A stretch of 64,000 nt of DNA, taken from NCBI GenBank assembly GCA_964035545.1, contig OZ037766.1:62001-126000 (forward strand), given 5' to 3'. Position numbers and translations under genes: made by a program. Positions 62,701 through 64,000 of the stretch are shown here, piece after piece (positions within the stretch are counted from its first letter, which is position 1; each line of letters opens with the position of its first letter). A model generated the notes under the pieces. That model was given only the letters and a program-made list of their open reading frames with translations, was not told where the DNA came from and ran no database searches. This DNA comes from Bugula neritina (taxonomy: Eukaryota > Animalia > Bryozoa).

Positions 62701-64000
62701 ATACCTACTCTATCTAATAGAACTATATACCTGCTCTATCTAATAGAACTACATACCTGCTCTATCTAATAGAACTATATACCTGCTCTATCTAATATAA
62801 CTATATACCTGCTCTATCTAATAGAACTATATACCTACTCTATCTAATAGAACTATATACCTACTCTATTTAATAGAACTATATACCTACTCTATTTAAT
62901 AGAACTATATACCTGCTCTATATAATATAACTATATACCTACTCTATCTAATAGAACTATATACCTACTCTATCTAATAGAACTATATACCTGCTCTATC
63001 TAATAGAACTACATACCTGCTCTATCTAATAGAACTATATACCTGCTCTATCTAATATAACTATATACCTGCTCTATCTAATAGAACTATATACCTACTC
63101 TATCTAATAGAACTATATACCTACTCTATTTAATAGAACTATATACCTGCTCTATCTAATAGAACTATATACCTGCTCTATCTAATAGAACTATATACCT
63201 TCTCCATCTAATAGAACTATATACCTACTCTATTTAATAGAACTATATACCTGCTCTATATAATATAACTATATACCTACTCTATCTAATAGAACTATAT
63301 ACCTACTCTATCTAATAGAACTATATACCTGCTCTATCTAATAGAACTACATACCTGCTCTATCTAATAGAACTATATACCTGCTCTATCTAATATAACT
63401 ATATACCTACTCTATCTAATAGAACTATATACCTGCTCTATCTAATAGAACTATACACCTACTCTATCTAATAGAACTATATACCTACTCTATCTAATAG
63501 AACTATATACCTGCTCTATCTAATAGAACTATATACCTGCTCTATCTAATAGAACTACATACCTGCTCTATCTAATAGAACTACATACCTGCTCTATCTA
63601 ATAGAACTATATGCCTGCTCTATATAATATAACTATATACCTACTCTATCTAATAGAACTATATACCTACTCTATCTAATAGAACTATATACCTGCTCTA
63701 TCTAATAGAACTACATACCTGCTCTATCTAATAGAACTATATGCCTGCTCCATCTAATAGAACTACATACCTGCTCTATCTAATAGAACTACATACCTGC
63801 TCCATCTAATAGAACTACATACCTGCTCTATCTAATAGAACTACATACCTGCTCTATCTAATAGAACTACATACCTTCTCCATCGAATCTAGCTTCGTCG
63901 TCGTGATTTTCCCCGACATTGAATGAAAACCTGATGTCGGCCTGCAGCAGGACAGTGATGTCATCAATGAGTTCCGTAAACGTGTAGTCGCTGCCTCCTT
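59762..64000 (-). CDS. Matrix metalloproteinase-like protein (M10A catalytic + hemopexin + C-terminal hydrophobic anchor), 5' truncated by window edge; HQ instead of HE
   Basis: Exons >64000-63875, 61997-61896, 61672-61502, 61085-60961, 60847-60694, 60585-60433, 60279-60148, 59982-59762. Motifs ADIRFSF...HDD...FDGEGG, ILGHSFYP...GEVHFDDAEDW, HQIGHVLGLEHS...SVMYPWY (Met-turn), hemopexin blades (VDAV, IDAVY, VDAAFVW, YPR...WKGV...VDAA), and a hydrophobic tail ISAILLVVGVLYML*. Confidence 0.88.
61100..61490. repeat. 40-bp minisatellite in MMP-like intron
   Basis: About 10 units of CAACTGTAGAATATTATATTTCAACAGTTAGGATATAATA. Confidence 0.95.
62029..63880 (-). repeat. 26-bp minisatellite resembling the MMP donor junction (GATAGAGCAG|GTATATAGTTCTATTA)
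   Basis: About 70 units. The true junction is GATGGAGAAG|GTATGTAGTTCTATTA, and some units keep GATGGAGAAG exactly. Confidence 0.93.

Overview
AT-rich, intron-containing animal genomic DNA (invertebrate; a lophotrochozoan such as a bryozoan is a guess I cannot verify). It is not prokaryotic, and I see no CRISPR, rRNA or tRNA. I reconstructed eight protein-coding genes by hand with phase-consistent GT-AG junctions. On + are a partial bHLH with a degenerate basic region and an Enigma/ZASP PDZ+3xLIM gene. On - are an NHL/beta-propeller type-I membrane receptor with a signalling tail, an 18-exon ~1010-aa copper-only SOD repeat protein (CSRP) with a GPI signal, Mlx, UBE2L3/UbcH7, EB1/MAPRE, and a partial membrane-tethered MMP whose catalytic Glu is replaced by Gln. 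Mobile DNA includes a Penelope-like retroelement plus a second hammerhead-ribozyme fragment in a (TA)n nest, a deleted Kolobok transposon (THAP remnant + P2X7-ballast-like KolX), a deleted mariner, and hAT, CMC and Harbinger non-autonomous elements. The most striking unexplained pattern is that most of the longer introns are filled by their own private minisatellite. In many cases the repeat unit is a copy of the exon/intron junction itself, giving arrays of roughly 5-70 duplicated splice sites. Most long ORFs in the supplied track are artefacts of these repeats.
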